Notes under the pieces: generated by a model
Seen by the model: the letters and a program-made list of their open reading frames with translations, nothing else
Databases searched by the model: none
Told to the model about the DNA's origin: nothing
Part shown: piece by piece, positions 14,632-26,750 of the stretch
Numbering within the stretch: the stretch's first letter is position 1
Layout: every line of letters starts with the position of its first letter
Source: the human T2T-CHM13v2.0 reference genome, Homo sapiens
Direction: 5' to 3' (one strand)
DNA: 64,000 nt
NCBI RefSeq assembly: GCF_009914755.1
Contig: NC_060926.1
Made by a program: the position numbers and the translations under genes

Positions 14632-16499
14632 ACATAGGCCTAGAAGCAATTGTACCAAAATGTTAACAAGTTACCTCTGAGTGGGAGTTATAGGTAGCTT
14701 TTCTTTTATTTTGCTTCTCTATGCTTTTAGATTTGTACAAAAGACAAAGAGTATGATGTTTATAATGAAGAAATCATATATGTGGTTTAAATAGCTGAAG
14801 ACACAGTCTTGTCTCAAAAGTTGCATACTCAAGAGACATTACATTCCAAGACCAGGGCTTAGTCCCTGTAAAACAAGTATGTCACCCTAAGGAGGACTTG
14901 CACCCCCCCAGCTCTACCCTCTTCTCTCCAGTCCCCCCACCTCAGGAGTCTAGGATGAGCAGAAGCACTGTCTCCAGAGAAAAGCCTTCCAGTGCCTCTG
15001 CCAGGCATGCTGGATGGCAGCCGGAGAGAGTCTAGGAAAGTCTAGCTCCCCCTGAGTCTGATGCCACTAGGGCTGGCCCTGGGTCCTCAGCTGGGCACAG
15101 GCAGCAAAGACCCAGGTCTCCCACTCCTGAGGATGGGGTGGCCAGATGATAAAGGACATGGAGTCATGAGGCAGTGGTGGCAACAGTTAATAGAAATAAG
15201 AAAAGACCTGTTTGATTAAGCCACGTCTTTCCTTCCCAGACCCCCTTTTCTCTCCCTGGGCTGTATTCAAACCCCATTGCATTTGGAGGGAAATCCAACC
15301 CATGTGTTTCTGATTCATTTACACTTAACTCATCAAAATCCTGTTTTGAAAGAGGCCATTGGATGGTCTACAAAGTCTGAGCAAAGCTCCCTGCCGCCGC
15401 GGGCTGGTTGTGGACTCACCAAATACCCCTTCTAATCCACCAGGCCTGTGGGCAGGCTCTGCACCACAGTGAAGGCTGTCTGAGTGTCTGCTCCCCAGCC
15501 TCGGCCCCCTTGGAGCCCTCCCTCACCGCCTTCTGCCTCTTTGAGAACTCCCAGGCTGCCTGCGAGGGTCTGGAAAACTCACACATCCCTGAGGGACAGG
15601 CACAAAACATGCCACCCTTCCTGGGCCAAAGCTATGTTTAAAATGAACTTGTAAAGCAAATGCTGAACCCAAAAGAGGGAGGCTCATGGTGAGATCACAG
15701 GCATGGGTGGTGCATTTCAGGGGCCTGCAGAGGCCTCCATCACAGTAGGATGCTGTGCTCATCTTAGAGATAAGTGATGGGAGAGATGAGCAGTTGCCTT
15801 GTTGCCCAGGACTGTCTCCCACCCAGAGTCAGAACCTAAGTTATTTCTCAGCCTCGGACCTTCTTGGATTGGATTTGAAAGAGAAGTCAGTCTTCCCTCA
15901 AGAGCAGGACACCTAGTTCCCATCTTTGGGGCTTGGCAAATTTTCATGGGTCTGTGTGGGGTGGTGTCAGCTACTGGTGCAAAGGCAAGTTCTCCCAGGC
16001 AGACATTTGGAAGTCATTAAGCCAAAATATGGTTGACTCAGATACAAAGCATGCCAGAGCTAGAAAAGACCTTGGAGAACTTTGTGGTCCAGCCCCCATG
16101 CTTACAGATCAGTCCCCATGAGATCCCCCTCCAGAAGGAGTTGGAGTAAGCCAAGCTCCTCCAACTTGCTGTGTTGGGAGAGCATGGGGTGTGGTCAGGA
16201 GAGACAGGAAGTTTGGGTCCCCTCCAAGCAAGGCCTAAGATGAAACACATGGGAACCAAGAATGGAACTAAAAGAGTGAGGACCTAGGTCCTTCCATGTG
16301 ACCATTACAATGGGCTTTGACTTCGGGGCAACCCCTTCCTTGCGTTGTTCCCTTTGCCCCGTGGTTACTGGAGGGACAAATCTTCAGAACTTGCTAAGAG
16401 GGTGTATGCAGTTGGGAACCAGAAGGCAAGCAGTGCTCTGTGGGAAGCTGAGGGGGACACCAGAGGCTGACTGAAACAAGAGGGTAGATGGATGAATAA

Positions 16500-16630
16500 T
16501 AACAGAACTGTTTACTGGGGGTCCTTCAACCGTGGAGCTCAGAGAGGTTCAGTAATTTTTCCCATATCACACAGCTACTAAGTGTTGGCACCAGAGTCCA
16601 AATCTACATCATCCTGGCTCTAAAAGTCAT
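16500..16630 (+). mobile_element. MIR fragment
   Basis: 'gagctcagagaggttcagtaatttttcccatatcacacagcta'. Confidence 0.65.
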
Positions 16631-16891
16631 GCAACCAAATAAATAGTCAGGGGATGGGAGCACAGAGGGGGAAAGAAAGCTAGACATGGCTCTGTGCTCA
16701 CTGTTGTGCAGGGTTGATACTCAAGGAAGCTCCCAGAAGGAGGTGCTGTGTGCAGGGTCTGGAAGGAGAGGAGCAGCAAGGCTTATGGTGGAGGGGAGGA
16801 GGATGGTCCAAATGGAGGGATCAGGTGGGAGCCAGTTGAGGCGCAGCTGCTCTGGGCACTAATGGCATGTGGTGGTTGCACCTGGAACCTA

Positions 16892-16905
16892 CCAGCAGGT
16901 GGCAG
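16892..16905 (+). promoter_or_regulatory. Candidate CTCF site
   Basis: CCAGCAGGTGGCAG matches the core CCASYAGRKGGCRS; TGCA starts 15 bp upstream. Motif only, occupancy unknown. Confidence 0.4.
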
Positions 16906-16939
16906 TATTTCAGAACAAGAAGAGCGTCAAGTCGGTTAG

Positions 16940-17200
16940 GATAGTGATAGAAAGTAGAGATGCTGAGCTCTTAGCGTGTATTCCAGGCATTGTCGTAAAC
17001 ATATTATACAGAGCATTTCATTGAAGCTGCACGACAACTCTTTGAGATAGGTACTATTATTAGCCTCATTTTCCACATGAGAAGGGTTTAGTAAGGGTTT
17101 AGTAAGAGAAGGGTTTAGTACGTTGCTCAAGGCCTCAGAGGCAGGAAATACTGGAACCAAGATTCTTACCAGGCAGTCTAAACCCAGGCCTAAGTCTCTG
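16940..17200 (+). mobile_element. MIR with a local triplication of AAGGGTTTAGTA
   Basis: 'aactctttgagataggtactattattagcctcattttccacatgag...ttgctcaaggcctcagag'. Confidence 0.75.
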
Positions 17201-17419
17201 TAGTTGTAACATCATAACTCAACTGATAGGCAGATACTGCATTTCTACCATGCATTTAGCATTGCACTGGGCTAGGGACTCAAAAGAGATCTAGACAATA
17301 TCCTTGCTCCTGGGGCCCAGCCAGCTGATTTGGGTTTTACAAATCAATGATTCTAAGCCTCATAATGATTGACAATAGGTACATGCAGGGCAGCAGGTGG
17401 TGGGGCTGAGCAATGACCA

Positions 17420-17600
17420 GAGTCCTCAGACCCGGACTCAAAGCCTGGCTCCTCCACTTGCTGGCTGGGTGGCCTTGGGTATGTTCATTGATGTCAGAGG
17501 GCCTCAGTTTTTTCATCCATCTATAATTGGGTATAATATTGACCTCATGAGGATGAAATGTGAGAACACATGTAGAGAATTAGGCATGGAGTAGATCATG
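17420..17600 (-). mobile_element. MIR
   Basis: 'ctggctcctccacttgctggctgggtggccttgggt...gcctcagttttttcatccatctataattggg'. Confidence 0.75.
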
Positions 17601-20056
17601 TGTTTTACCAAAATGACAGCAAATATCAAATACAAAAGGCAATGGGAGCCTAGAGGAGCAGTCTTGAAGTGAGTTTCCAAGACTGAGCAGTTTGGCTGAC
17701 AGAGGAGGGTGAGGAGTGCAGCCTAGGAGGGAAACACTGACAAGCCATGGAGATTAACAGGCCATGATGCCTGAAAAAACACGAGCAGGGAGGAAAGGAG
17801 CTCAGTGAGCACCCTGGAATTCCATGGAACCAGGCACTGCCATGGGCTCAAGGACTGGGAAACATCACCTTCAGAGGGTTTCAAAACGAGCTGGATTTAA
17901 ACAAGCAAGCAGATGGCACCAAGCACTCCATCAGCACACGGTCATTCAACCAGCATCTCATGGGCCCACTAAGTGCCAACCACGCTTCTTGAGTTGGTCC
18001 AGCCTGGGCTTTTCTTCCTGCACTGTAGGGGTGTCTCTGCAGTTGCTCAGAGCACTGTCTTCCCCTCAACTGGACCCAACATGCTCCGGCCCCTGCTCTG
18101 CCCAGAACGTCTGTGAGCAACCTGGTTCTTGTCAGAAGTTCCTGACAAGCTCTGCAAAATCCAGCCCTCTTGTGACTCCACCAGACATACCCCCAGGGGA
18201 AGAAAGGGCACCCCACCAGGGCAGGAGGTGGCAAGACAGTCTCTGCCCCCCGGGAGGGGTGAGTCATTCAGGGAGGATGCCTGCCTCAGGCACTGTGGGA
18301 GATGAGGAGGAGCCCCGTGTATCTGCAAGCACAGGGTCACCTGAGGGCGTGCAGAGCTGGAAGAAGCTGAGGCATTCAGGCAGCAGGGCCTGTGCCTCCT
18401 CTCCGCCTCCATTTCTGACTTCCAAGTCTTCAGAAGCGACAGCTAGGACATCCTCTGGCTCCCCTCCAGCCACACTGTGCCTCCCGCACACACACCTCCC
18501 TCTGATTCTAGCCCTCCTTCTCGAGATATGGCAGGAACTAAGGCCAGTGGCTCTTCAGGGTGGATGGGGGTTGACACGAGGGTGCATCTGGCTCTGGTGC
18601 TATCTGCACAGAGGTGCGTTCCTTCCCTAGGCCCCCCACTCACACCCAGAAACATGATCATTCATTCCATCATACACCCAGCTGGGGCTGGGGGAGGCCA
18701 TGACAGGTGGGCCAGCAGGGGTGGTGGGGATGGGGCGCCGCGATCTTCTCCCAACCCCCTCAAAAGACAGATATGTCCCCTCTGAACATGCTGGGGGAGA
18801 TTATTTTAACAAGCACTTTTGTACCAGGAAATCAGTGTGTTTAACCTAACAAGCAAAGAACAGCCCAGCGGGGCCCATAAATCTAGTTCCCACCTATTAA
18901 TTTTACGGCCTACATAAAGCAGTGTTGAAGTCCAAAGTATATGTGACCTAAAAAGGCATTGCTCATTCTGACACATATACGACGTGGCCAGGACTCGAAC
19001 CCTGACCCTGACCCTCACTCCAGGAAGCCAGCTCCCAAGCCTTACAGAGTGCAGAGGCTCATGCTGCAGAAACCCACCCAGGCTCCTTGTGAAAGAACAG
19101 GACAGCTGGAGGCAACAACTGTGGAGAGGGCTGGAGGACGTGGGCACCGCTGAGGCTGGGTTAGTGAGGACACCCTGCTAGAGACCCCAACCGCTCCCAG
19201 GGCTGACGTGTACAGTAGTGCAGGTTGGTCACTGCCCAAAGGCACCCAGATGAGAGGACAAGTGGAGGCTGAAATCTAACCTGCACCTGATGTACCATGC
19301 CTATCCCACAGGGACAGGGCTGCTTCTGTCCAGAGAGGGGCCTTTTAAAAAATCCATGCAAAGGTACTATACAGATTGTCAGCTCCCTTGGATAAATCTC
19401 GATCCCCATTCTAACTGTTTCAAATATTGACCCCTAACCAGTGACTCACTGTACTCCCAAACCAATTACATGCCCTCCCACCAGGGAAATCCATGACCAC
19501 TGTCGACGCCTAACATCAGTTCCATGGGATAATCCCCAACCCCAAGCATGATTTAATAGGGTCACCCACCATGCAGTGACCACAACTGGGCTACTCTGGC
19601 CGCCCATAGCAACGGCACATTGATCCCCACAAAGTCATTAGGACAAGAACAACCTCAAAGCTAAGCCAGCTCAATTCCATGCTGATACTACAATAGAAGA
19701 AACAAGCTGAGGAACCTGAATGCCAGCGACCCACTTACTACACCCCTGGCCACATGCCGATTTCCCAACCCCGAGTGCACAGCAGTGCTCAGTACCTGCT
19801 GTTTTGCCCCTTTAGACTTATGCCCCACCCTCCTCCACCCTGTCTGTACCCAGGAGGCTGACCTCCAGGAGGTACCCCGCACCTCCCCTGCCCTCTAGCT
19901 CAGCTGGGGTTCCCAAATGGAAGCCCCTACTAGTGAGCTAAGGCAGGGAGCCCCCACTTCAGAGGCTCGTGCTCTCTGTCAGGGCTTTTGCTTTATCTCC
20001 AGGAGTCATGTGGAATTCATGCTCCACAGTCTGTCTTTGTTAGCTTTACCACTGAA

Positions 20057-20470
20057 GTGTCTTTCTGAGGTTAGGTTCCCGGGAGGAAGCCTGAGACAAG
20101 GGTGTGAGAGCAAGTCCTTGTACTTGGGGCTGTGATCCCAGGAAACAACACAAGGCAGTGGCGCTGTGAGCTGGGGAAGGAAGGAAGCCCACCCCAGGTA
20201 GATAAATGAGCAAGAGACGATTGCAGGCAAGGCACTCAGGCAGGCTAAGGCCCTGCAGCCGGGGTATTTATCTACCAATTCCTGCCTGTCTTCGTGTTGG
20301 CCTATCGCTGGGCATTGGCATCAGGCCGTTCCGGCTTGCTCAGTGCGGACTGAGCCTGCTCCCCCAGCCAACACCCTCAGACAGAGTCACAGGTGCTGCG
20401 GCACAAAGCTGTCAGCATATTAAGGATGGTGAGGACCAAGGGTGTGTGGGCAGTAGCATTTGCTGCACTG
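20057..20470. mobile_element. ERVL-class LTR (LTR33/LTR16-like)
   Basis: 'ttaggttcccgggaggaagcctgagacaagg...gtgatcccaggaaac...gggaaggaaggaagcc' resembles recalled ERVL LTRs. Confidence 0.6.
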
Positions 20471-20789
20471 TTTTTGCCCAAATATTCAAGTAAGTTCGAT
20501 CATTGGGTCCCCTGGTTTCTGCATTCCCTAAGAAGCCCCATTTAAGAAGGTCCGTTCCCAGGACTTCCCACTCGAAACCAAGTACTGACTCCATAAACTC
20601 CCTTTCCACCAATTCCTACAGCCCATTCTCACCCTTGTGTCACAGCGACAGTGACCTCCAACCCCTCTGCATGTGGAACCCTGGCCCAGGTTGTTGGCTC
20701 ATTCTGACTCAGCCTCCAAGTGTCTGTTTATGAGACTTCCTTCCTCTAGGAGTCATCCTTGAGAGACTCCTCATGCACCCTTTCCTCAA

Positions 20790-21950
20790 CTTCATCCATA
20801 CCCTAACCCCTCCAACTGAACCTCAAACACTCACTACCTAATCCCCAAACACACACTGCCTACCCCAAATCTGGCTGTACCCTGACCCTCAAACCTATGA
20901 ACACAATAAGCAAACACCCTCACACTGCAAGCACAGCTGCACCTCGAATCCTCAATCACAAGTGACCCCAAATCATGCTGATCCCCCAATTCCAACTACA
21001 CACTGATGCCTCAGTTTCATCCCTAACCACACACTGGCCCAAGACACAACCACATTGGAACATTTAGCCACGTGTTTCTCTCTGAACTCAGTCACACATG
21101 GCGATGCCCCAACCCCTAATACACACCGGCTCCCTGTCCCAGACAACACACACGCAAACCCTCTCAATTCTAGAAGACACTGATCCACCAAGCCCCAGCT
21201 GTTTGCCAGCTGCCCAACCACAGGCCGACCCCAATCTCAATCATGGCCTGTCACTCCCATCTCCAGCCTCCCATGGATCCTAACCCCCCTAATTAGAGCC
21301 CCTGGCACAGACACCCCAAGCTAAACACTCACTGACTCCATGAACCTTAACCAAACAATGACCTCAATCCCAGCCAACCCAAGACCTTAAAACAAGGCCA
21401 CACCCTTAACTCTAGAACTTCACCTCATACGAAGACTTACCAAGCCTTACCAAAGCTGATTCACCAAACTTCACCTCAGACCAACCCTCAGTGTCTCAAG
21501 CTTACACTGATCTTCAAACCCCATCCATGCCCTAACCTCCAGCCCAAGTCTACCTAACAAAGACATGTCAACCCTGAAGCCAAATGTCACACTAATGCTC
21601 AACCTGGCTACAAGCAGAACACCCCGTGCCAAACCTCACTGCCCCTCCACTTAAAGAGAGGGCACTCTGATGGCAGCCCTAAGCTTGCCCACGGTTCACC
21701 GATCCCCTAGCCACATTGAACCCCCAGCTACACTGGGCCTTCAAGTCCTGTACACACACCAACCCACCACAAAACATGCCCAGCCCAACCTTATTCAGTG
21801 CCCTTCAATCTCACCCACACCTCAAGGAACCTTTGATTCCATTCTCACAGAGACTACCCAAGTTGAACTGCACCCTTCTTCTCTAGCACAGCTTCACCCC
21901 AGGGACCCCGTGACCCCACACAAGCCCCCACCACCACCACAGGGATCATG
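20790..21950. repeat. Degenerate C/A-rich tandem-like tract
   Basis: G-poor + strand with recurring ccctaacc, ccctgacc, cacacactg and cacagac units. Confidence 0.6.
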
Positions 21951-22214
21951 TTCAAAGGGGGACATCTGCAGCCTCAGTGGTCAGCAGCACCACTCCTGGC
22001 TCCTGAAACCCTCCTTCGTGTTCATCTCCGCAACTCAGGGAAGGCACCGGAAGCTGTTGTCTAGCAGCACTGGGACAGCCCAACAATGCTCCTCCTTTTG
22101 TCTGTACCTCTCTCGACTACCAAGTTCCTCTCCAAAACACTGGCCTCTTCCACGCGGTGCAATTCCCTTGTTCCTAGTTCAGGTCCCTAGGACCCACCTT
22201 GGTAGGCTATACTG

Positions 22215-22350
22215 AGCTGGTCGTGCTTGTCTGTGCAGCCTGCAGGGCAGAGGGGTCCAGAGCCTGGGCAGTTGTCCTGCTCAGTTGCCCACAGGTTTTA
22301 TGATCTTGGCTGGTCACTTCTCCTCTCTGGGACTTGTTTGATCCTGTGCA
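22215..22350 (-). mobile_element. MIR fragment
   Basis: 'atgatcttggctggtcacttctcctctctgggacttgtttg'. Confidence 0.5.
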
Positions 22351-22532
22351 TCAGAGGTCAGCACACTACTGCCTGCCAATCAAAACCCACCCTGCCCACT
22401 CAGTGACCTATTATCCAAGGCTGCCTTTGCACTGCAGTGGCAGAGAACAGTAGTTTCAAAAAAACTATGCGGGGCTCAAAGCCGAAAATATTGACTATCT
22501 GACCCTTACAGAAAAAGCTTGCAGCCCCCCTG
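22351..22532 (+). mobile_element. MER58A
   Basis: 'cagaggtcagcacactac...caaagccgaaaatattgactatctgacccttacagaaaaagcttgcagcccccctg'. Confidence 0.8.
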
Positions 22533-23884
22533 TTTTGCATCCCCCTACCTTCCTTTTAGAGGATGTAATCATACTGGAGAGTTCTCCGTGTGAAGGCTTG
22601 AAAACAGGATACCCCTCTTCCTTCTCTGGGCTTCTCCAGGAAGATGCTCTTTAATAACGTGTTGATTATTCATTATGCTGATAATAAAACCTGTGATTTC
22701 CTGCCCCTCTCCCTGTGGAGGAGGGGCTAAAGGAAGACCACAGGGTCAGAGACAAGGCCTCAGGGGTTTGATAGCAATATTGGGATGCCCCAGTCTTTGT
22801 TTATTGTGGAGGTTCTTCCGACATTATTGCTTTTGTTTATTGAAACCCAACCCCCATGGTACTTAGCACCCTTGGCAGTGGGCCCAGACCTGCCCAGGCC
22901 CCAGCCTGCCACTCCTGGCCAAGAAGGGAGCCGGGTAGGGAGAGCACTGGCCAGGCCCAATTCTGGAGTCCTGTTTGCTTACAGCCTAAGGCGCGCCCGC
23001 TGGCCCCCCTTCTTAACATCTTGCTTACAAGACAGCATTTGGAGACAATTTCTCATCAGACCTTCTTGTAAACATCCTCCTGGATGCAGCCGGCCTGAGG
23101 AGCCCTTATTAGAAACACCTGTGCCCGATGCAGGCCTGGTGAGTGACAGCTTGCAGAGCCACCACTGCCCCCCTGCCAGGCCTGGGGCTGGTGAAATGGG
23201 TGGGATGGGAGATGGGGATGAGGGTTCGGGTGATGAACCTCGGGAGGATGAGCCTCCTCCCCACATGGGCTTACTCCCGCAGGGCCAGTGTTGCTGAGGC
23301 AGTGCCCCTCCCCTTTCAGCATGGGAGACTCGGTGGAGTCAGGCAGGCCTAGTGCACAGAAATCTCTCATCAGTTCATTCTTGTGGTGCCCCAATTTCCC
23401 TACATTAGTCACTCCTTCGAGTTACACATGGTCCTCTTCAGGTTCTCTAAATAAAATGCCAGCTACCCTTCTTCCTCATGCCTGCATCCCTGGGAGCGTT
23501 GACACATTGAGTTTCTCACCACTTTAAATGAATGAGAATATTCAAGACTTTCAGCACTGTCCAAGCTTGAGGAGTGATACCTGGGGAGAGGCAGATCTGA
23601 GGCTCCCTACATGGACTTTTCAGGCTGGAAGGAACATCGCCATGCTGGTAGTTACGGAAAAAAAGCACAGCCCGAGCCCACTGGCCACGTCTTCCTCCCC
23701 AGGGCAGTTGCAAGCCTTCCTCCCTGTACCAACCAAACGTTGTAGCTGGTGTTGATCCAAATCTCCATTGTGCTAAGAGAAGGCAGGAGGAGAAAGGAAG
23801 GAGTGGGAGGAAGAGGACCTACCTAAACAGGGCCCTGCACTCCTACATCAATCCTTGGCCACTTATGTCCTGCCACTGGTCTTT

Positions 23885-24203
<319 letters not shown>

Positions 24204-24619
24204 TGATGGGACCTTTGGGCACTCCCTTCAGCCTTCCCATGGCCACCTCACTTGGAACTCCTAGCCAAACACCTGAAGCGCTTGCTGCAATCGTGTTTGC
24301 TGAATTCCCCTGCCACTTGCCTGCTGCCCTGTCCTAGGACCCGCTGAGGCCAGGTCCTGCATTGGGCCATCTCTCAGCCTCATGGGGGCCTTCTTCTGCT
24401 TCTGGGGCTGGACATCTTGATGTGGCCTCCCTGCCTAAGGACTGGATTGCTCTAGATGGAGTAGAGGCTCGAGGGTCTCTCAGGGCCCAACTGAGACAGC
24501 CCACACTCCACCCAGCCTCACCTCTGACCTCCCAGGGGACCACATTGCCCTGAGTGGGAAAGAAGAGAGCTGGAAGGAAACCTGTCTCTAATGAGGTGGG
24601 CAAAAAGAGGAAGCACACG

Positions 24620-25090
24620 CTCCGTGAAATAAATTAGTGGAATCTCAATTCCGATAAATCCAGTTTCTTAAAAAAAAAAAAAAAAAAAAAAAGCAACTGG
24701 TAGGAAAAGAAAATGTAATTTATGCTCATTGAAAGGAGGCCAGGTTTAAATTGATGAAGTCTCCTGTTTATGTAATAAATCCATTTCCATTCATGTCACC
24801 AATATATTTATCCATACATCCTGGTCCAAGTCAAATCTTCATTATTTTATTATTCAACGGGGGGCAGAGGGAAGGGCAGGGGAACAGAGTTCTGTGTCGA
24901 ATTAATAAAGTCTCACTCTCTCCCCCAGATCCCCCCTCACACAGGGACAATTTATTCCTAAGAAGGAGGCAGAAGAACTGGATGCAATTTATGTGCTTTG
25001 AAAGAGACCCAAACGTAATTAGGCAAAGTCTCAAGTTCACCGAGAAATAAATCCCAGAGAAAGTAGCCGGGGGTAAAATTTACGTTCCCT
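24620..25090. promoter_or_regulatory. Candidate developmental enhancer (AT island with homeodomain-type motifs)
   Basis: About a dozen TTTAT/ATAAA/TTTAC sites, plus TAATTA and CTTTGAA, in non-repeat DNA within a GC-rich surround. Confidence 0.4.
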
Positions 25091-25906
25091 GAAAGTCTGA
25101 AAGCTTGTCTCCCACTGGTTCCGCCCCTCCCCCAGGCCACCGTGCTTGGTTCCCCAAGCCTGCCAGGCCCCAGGATTCTCTTCAGTGCCCCCACTTCCAT
25201 GGGGCCATGTGCCAATAGGCCCCCCAGGGGGAGTCGCCCTGCCTCTGCCTCTCTCCCCACCCGCCGTGGTCCTCAGGAGATCTGAGGGGCTAGTTATGGC
25301 AGCTGATGGGACTCAGACTTCTCACCCTGCCCAGTGCATTCACCCCAGAGAAAGGAAGAGCTACCAGGAGTCTCTGCCACCACAGCCAGACAGACGGTTT
25401 TTGGGAACAAGGCAGTTTCCTTGTGATACGCCAGCCCCTCCTCAGGGTCCAGCAAGTCTTGCTTTATTCCACTCCTGCAGCTCCACTTTGTTCACACTGG
25501 GCAGAGGGTCAGGAGAGGGAGTGCCTTGTTCCCAGGAAGTCAGGAGAGCGTGGCTGGGATAAGGTCTACCTCAAGGAGGGCTGTGCTGCTGAGGTGGACC
25601 CTTGGGTGGGGTGGACAGAGCAGAGCTTCCCTACGCCGGAAGCACACAGACTACCAGGAGCTCTGTGTGGGGAGCGCCCACCTGCTCCAGGTTCTCAGTT
25701 TGGAAACCTCCATTTTCCTCCTCCAGCCACCAGACAGGTGCCTTGGAACGTAGCTTAGTGTGGCCCTGGGAGTGCAGATGACCTTGGGGCTGGTCTGCCC
25801 TTGGCGAGAGGCTTCTGAGCACAGCACACAGGGCTGGGAGTCTGCCCTGCTGGGGGTCATGTTGCTCCTGGCACCGCGAAGAGACCACTTCAACCCACTG
25901 TGCCCC

Positions 25907-26170
25907 AGGGCCTCCTGGTAGAGGGACAGGACCATGTCCATCACCATCCTGGCCCTGCTCCCTGCAACTAGCAGGCATCCTGCCCCTGGCAATGAAGGCA
26001 ATTGCCCTCGTAAAGGGGACTGGACATTGATGATGAGGACTGACTGAGCCCAGGCTGGGCCAACAGAGAGGGCAGACGTGGCAAGTGACCCACAAGGACT
26101 CCTGCTGGGGGCAGGACTGGAAGGGAAGGAGTTAGGGGCAGCTCCCAGGTCTCTGGCTTGAGCAACAGAG
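25907..26170 (+). repeat. Inverted repeat, left arm
   Basis: Reverse complement aligns to 27615-27877 at ~90% identity (hand alignment: 24 substitutions, 3 single-base indels). Confidence 0.95.
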
Positions 26171-26750
26171 TGACTCGGGCAGCTGTTTGCTGCGATAGGG
26201 AGTGCTGGGGGCAGAGTTGGGTGGGCACCAAAGATGAGTTTACCTGAGGAGGAGCAGGTTTGGGGGAAGGGCAGGAGGGATAAGCTGAGTTCAGTTTTCT
26301 GCAAGAGAGATGGCCAAGACTGCTGTACTTGTGGGGAGGTGTCCAGCTGGGACACAACAAGGCCTTCAGAAGGGAGCACCTGAGAGTTGTTGCCACAGAG
26401 ATGGTCACTGATTCCAGGCGCAGCCACACTCGTCCAGGGTGTGTGGAGTGAGCCTGGCCAAGACCACAGGACAGAGGGCCTGCAAAGGACCACAGAAGGC
26501 ACAGCCAGTGGAAGCAGGGGGCATCACGAAGGGGGACGGGTCCAACAGTGTCCAATGCTGAGGGAGGACAGTGCACTGAAGACCAAGATACTTGCATCAC
26601 TGTTGGTAGTGGAGGATCCAGATGGTCTCGGCAAGAGCCCTTTGGAGGAGAAATGGGGCAGAGCAGAGGCCAGATCTTGGAGCAGGGAAGGAGAAAGCTG
26701 GCTGCAGTGAAGCCGAGGAGCAAGCAGAGCTTTGGGGATGAGGTTAGATG
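26100..26750 (-). mobile_element. L2 fragment, GC-shifted
   Basis: Antisense L2 motifs 'ctcccaggtctctggcttgagcaac', 'gctgagttcagtttt' and 'gtccaacagtgtccaatgctg'. Confidence 0.6.

Noticed and set aside
17824-18630. 268-aa ORF as a coding gene
   Set aside because: No recognisable domain, S/P/G-rich, and overlapped by ORFs in several frames, as expected by chance in GC-rich DNA.
20790-21950. True interstitial telomere or chromosome fusion site
   Set aside because: No run of consecutive perfect CCCTAA units and no head-to-head arrangement.
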